A stretch of DNA of 64,000 nucleotides from an uncultured Candidatus Saccharibacteria bacterium (lineage in GTDB: Bacteria; Patescibacteriota; Doudnabacteria; UBA920), in assembly GCA_964532425.1 (NCBI GenBank), contig CAZHIA010000002.1, positions 169,798-233,797 on the forward strand, in the 5' to 3' direction. Made by a program: the position numbers and the translations under genes. Positions 62,528-64,000 of the stretch are shown one piece after another. The stretch's first letter is position 1; each line of letters starts with the position of its first letter. The notes beneath the pieces were generated by a model. It did not search any database and was not told the DNA's origin. It was given only the letters and a program-made list of their open reading frames with translations.

Positions 62528-63025
62528 CTACCAACTCTGATCATCACCAGACGGGCCGTAGATTTTAGGTATGGGGATGTTGTTCAGCCGCATGTAGACC
62601 GTGAGCTGTCCGCGGTGGTGGACGAGGTGGCGGATGGTGGAATCAACGTTGTTTTTCTTGGTGTCGGTCATAAGCGTCTGACCTTTCATTTTGAGAGAAA
62701 ACTCTTTCATCAGTTCTTCGTCGGAGACGTGTTCCAATGCTTTGCGGGCGGCAGCCATGCATTCATCGAAATGTTTCGGCAGATCATCCACCGAATTCAT
62801 CTGAAACCGTTCATAGGTAGCAAAGTCTATCTCGCCCTGGCTGATGATGGCATCGATCCATTTTGGTATGTCCGAAACGGTAATGGCCAGGCTTTTCAGC
62901 GGCATGGCTTTTTCTGTCGGCTTGTATTCCATCACTTGGTCTGTCAGCCGTTCGAGACATTTTCGAGTGGCTTCAGCTTCGGATTCCAGCTGGGAGAGAT
63001 AAATTTGTCCGAGGGGAACATTCAT
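62528..63025 (-). CDS. DinB/YfiT-family (DinB_2) metal-dependent protein
   Basis: 'HLVHHRGQL' with a four-helix-bundle composition. Confidence 0.7.
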   Translation of the reverse strand: MNVPLGQIYLSQLESEAEATRKCLERLTDQVMEYKPTEKAMPLKSLAITVSDIPKWIDAIISQGEIDFATYERFQMNSVDDLPKHFDECMAAARKALEHVSDEELMKEFSLKMKGQTLMTDTKKNNVDSTIRHLVHHRGQLTVYMRLNNIPIPKIYGPSGDDQSW

Positions 63026-63265
63026 AGAGCTCCTTTCATTTGATTTAAAAGATGTATTGATAGTATATCAAAAGTTTTGGCAGGTTCTGCGGTCTCGTAA
63101 TGCTATCTATGACGGCAATAAGGCGGGGGAGTTGTGAGGCACAATTGAAAACCGGCACCATAGTATTGGTGCCGGTTCTGGTCAGGCTTGAATGAACTAG
63201 GGTCATACGTCAACCCTTCTTGAAATACCGGAATTGGAGTATACTGTGGCCATGAAAGGAGGGTT

Positions 63266-63541
63266 ATGGGTTGGATGCTATTAGTACTGGTCGGCCTTGG
63301 CCTTGCCCATATGTTGAGTACCGGTTCGACTGGAAATGCTGCCAACGATCCGGAAGCGACACCGCCCGCACCGGAACCCGAATCACTGCCAAACTCCCAC
63401 AACGAAAATTCTTCTGCGTGGGTGGAAGACTCTGAAAGTCCGCCGGAATCCGATAGCAGAGACGAAGATGCTCAGGTCCGCCCGGAGGATGATCCTTACT
63501 ATTGCACCTGTGGCTGCGGCCACTACATGCAGGGTGATTGA
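63266..63541 (+). CDS. small acidic membrane-anchored protein (weak)
   Basis: Transmembrane helix followed by an Asp/Glu/Pro-rich tail ending 'CTCGCGHY'. Confidence 0.3.
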   Translation: MGWMLLVLVGLGLAHMLSTGSTGNAANDPEATPPAPEPESLPNSHNENSSAWVEDSESPPESDSRDEDAQVRPEDDPYYCTCGCGHYMQGD

Positions 63542-63651
63542 CAAATGAACTAACCGGCCGTGTGCCGGCACGAAGCACGCGCTTTCTTACAAGAAAGCGC
63601 GTGTGTTTTTAAATAAAAACAGCGCCCTTGGCAAGGACGCTGTAGGAAAAT

Positions 63652-63975
63652 CTAGCTGATTCCCCAAAGAATGTGTTTGTACTCCTTCGGACACTCGCAC
63701 GGCTGGTAGCCTCCGGTAGCAGCATCTCCCACCCACTGGTACCACCACTGCCGGTACTGCTTCAGGCCGCCAAAGCCATAGAGAGCATCTGCTTGTACAG
63801 TCGCTATAACCGCATAGCGATACGAGTACTCAAAGATGTCTCCCTCGTTTCTTTCTACAATCTGCTTGGCCCGCTTGAGTGTCGAACACATAGCTATGGT
63901 CCGAGCTCCGCCGTATTGCTGGCTCTCCCTACTAGGCCAGCCCTCTACAATTGTAGTAATTGAGTAAAGTCTCAT
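63652..63975 (-). CDS. hypothetical protein
   Basis: ATG (aa 6 of the ORF) with an AAGGGGA SD sequence. Confidence 0.4.
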   Translation of the reverse strand: MRLYSITTIVEGWPSRESQQYGGARTIAMCSTLKRAKQIVERNEGDIFEYSYRYAVIATVQADALYGFGGLKQYRQWWYQWVGDAATGGYQPCECPKEYKHILWGIS

Positions 63976-64000
63976 AGGTTCCCCTTGCAAGGGGGCTACC

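Overview
The window splits into two compositionally distinct parts. From 1 to about 46.7 kb the DNA is GC-rich chromosomal sequence. It carries housekeeping genes (tsaD, mscL, acpS) and an acpS-coupled tri-domain acyl-ACP synthetase/ACP/lysophospholipid acyltransferase fusion. It also carries an RND efflux pair, many secreted or cell-surface proteins, a type IV pilin, an ECF sigma/anti-sigma pair and several nucleic-acid repair/ligation genes, including two paralogous minimal ligase-like genes. A tRNA-Glu(UUC) sits at 46683-46757. Directly after it comes a sharply AT-rich island of about 13.6 kb, closed by an exact 25-bp repeat of the tRNA 3' end at 60362-60386. The island encodes a large serine recombinase, a DnaG-like primase fused to a P-loop domain, and a three-gene cassette (54457-58265) resembling an antiviral STAND (Avs-like) module. 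Immediately inside the right repeat is a GC-rich, hairpin-dense block with nested degenerate copies of the tRNA 3' end. Beyond the repeat a further ~2 kb of AT-rich DNA (a relic element) precedes the return to host-like composition, where a DinB-family gene lies. No rRNA, CRISPR array or transposase was seen. Coordinates of short motifs are accurate to about +/-2 nt; CDS ends come from the supplied ORF track, with starts re-assigned where the sequence supports it.
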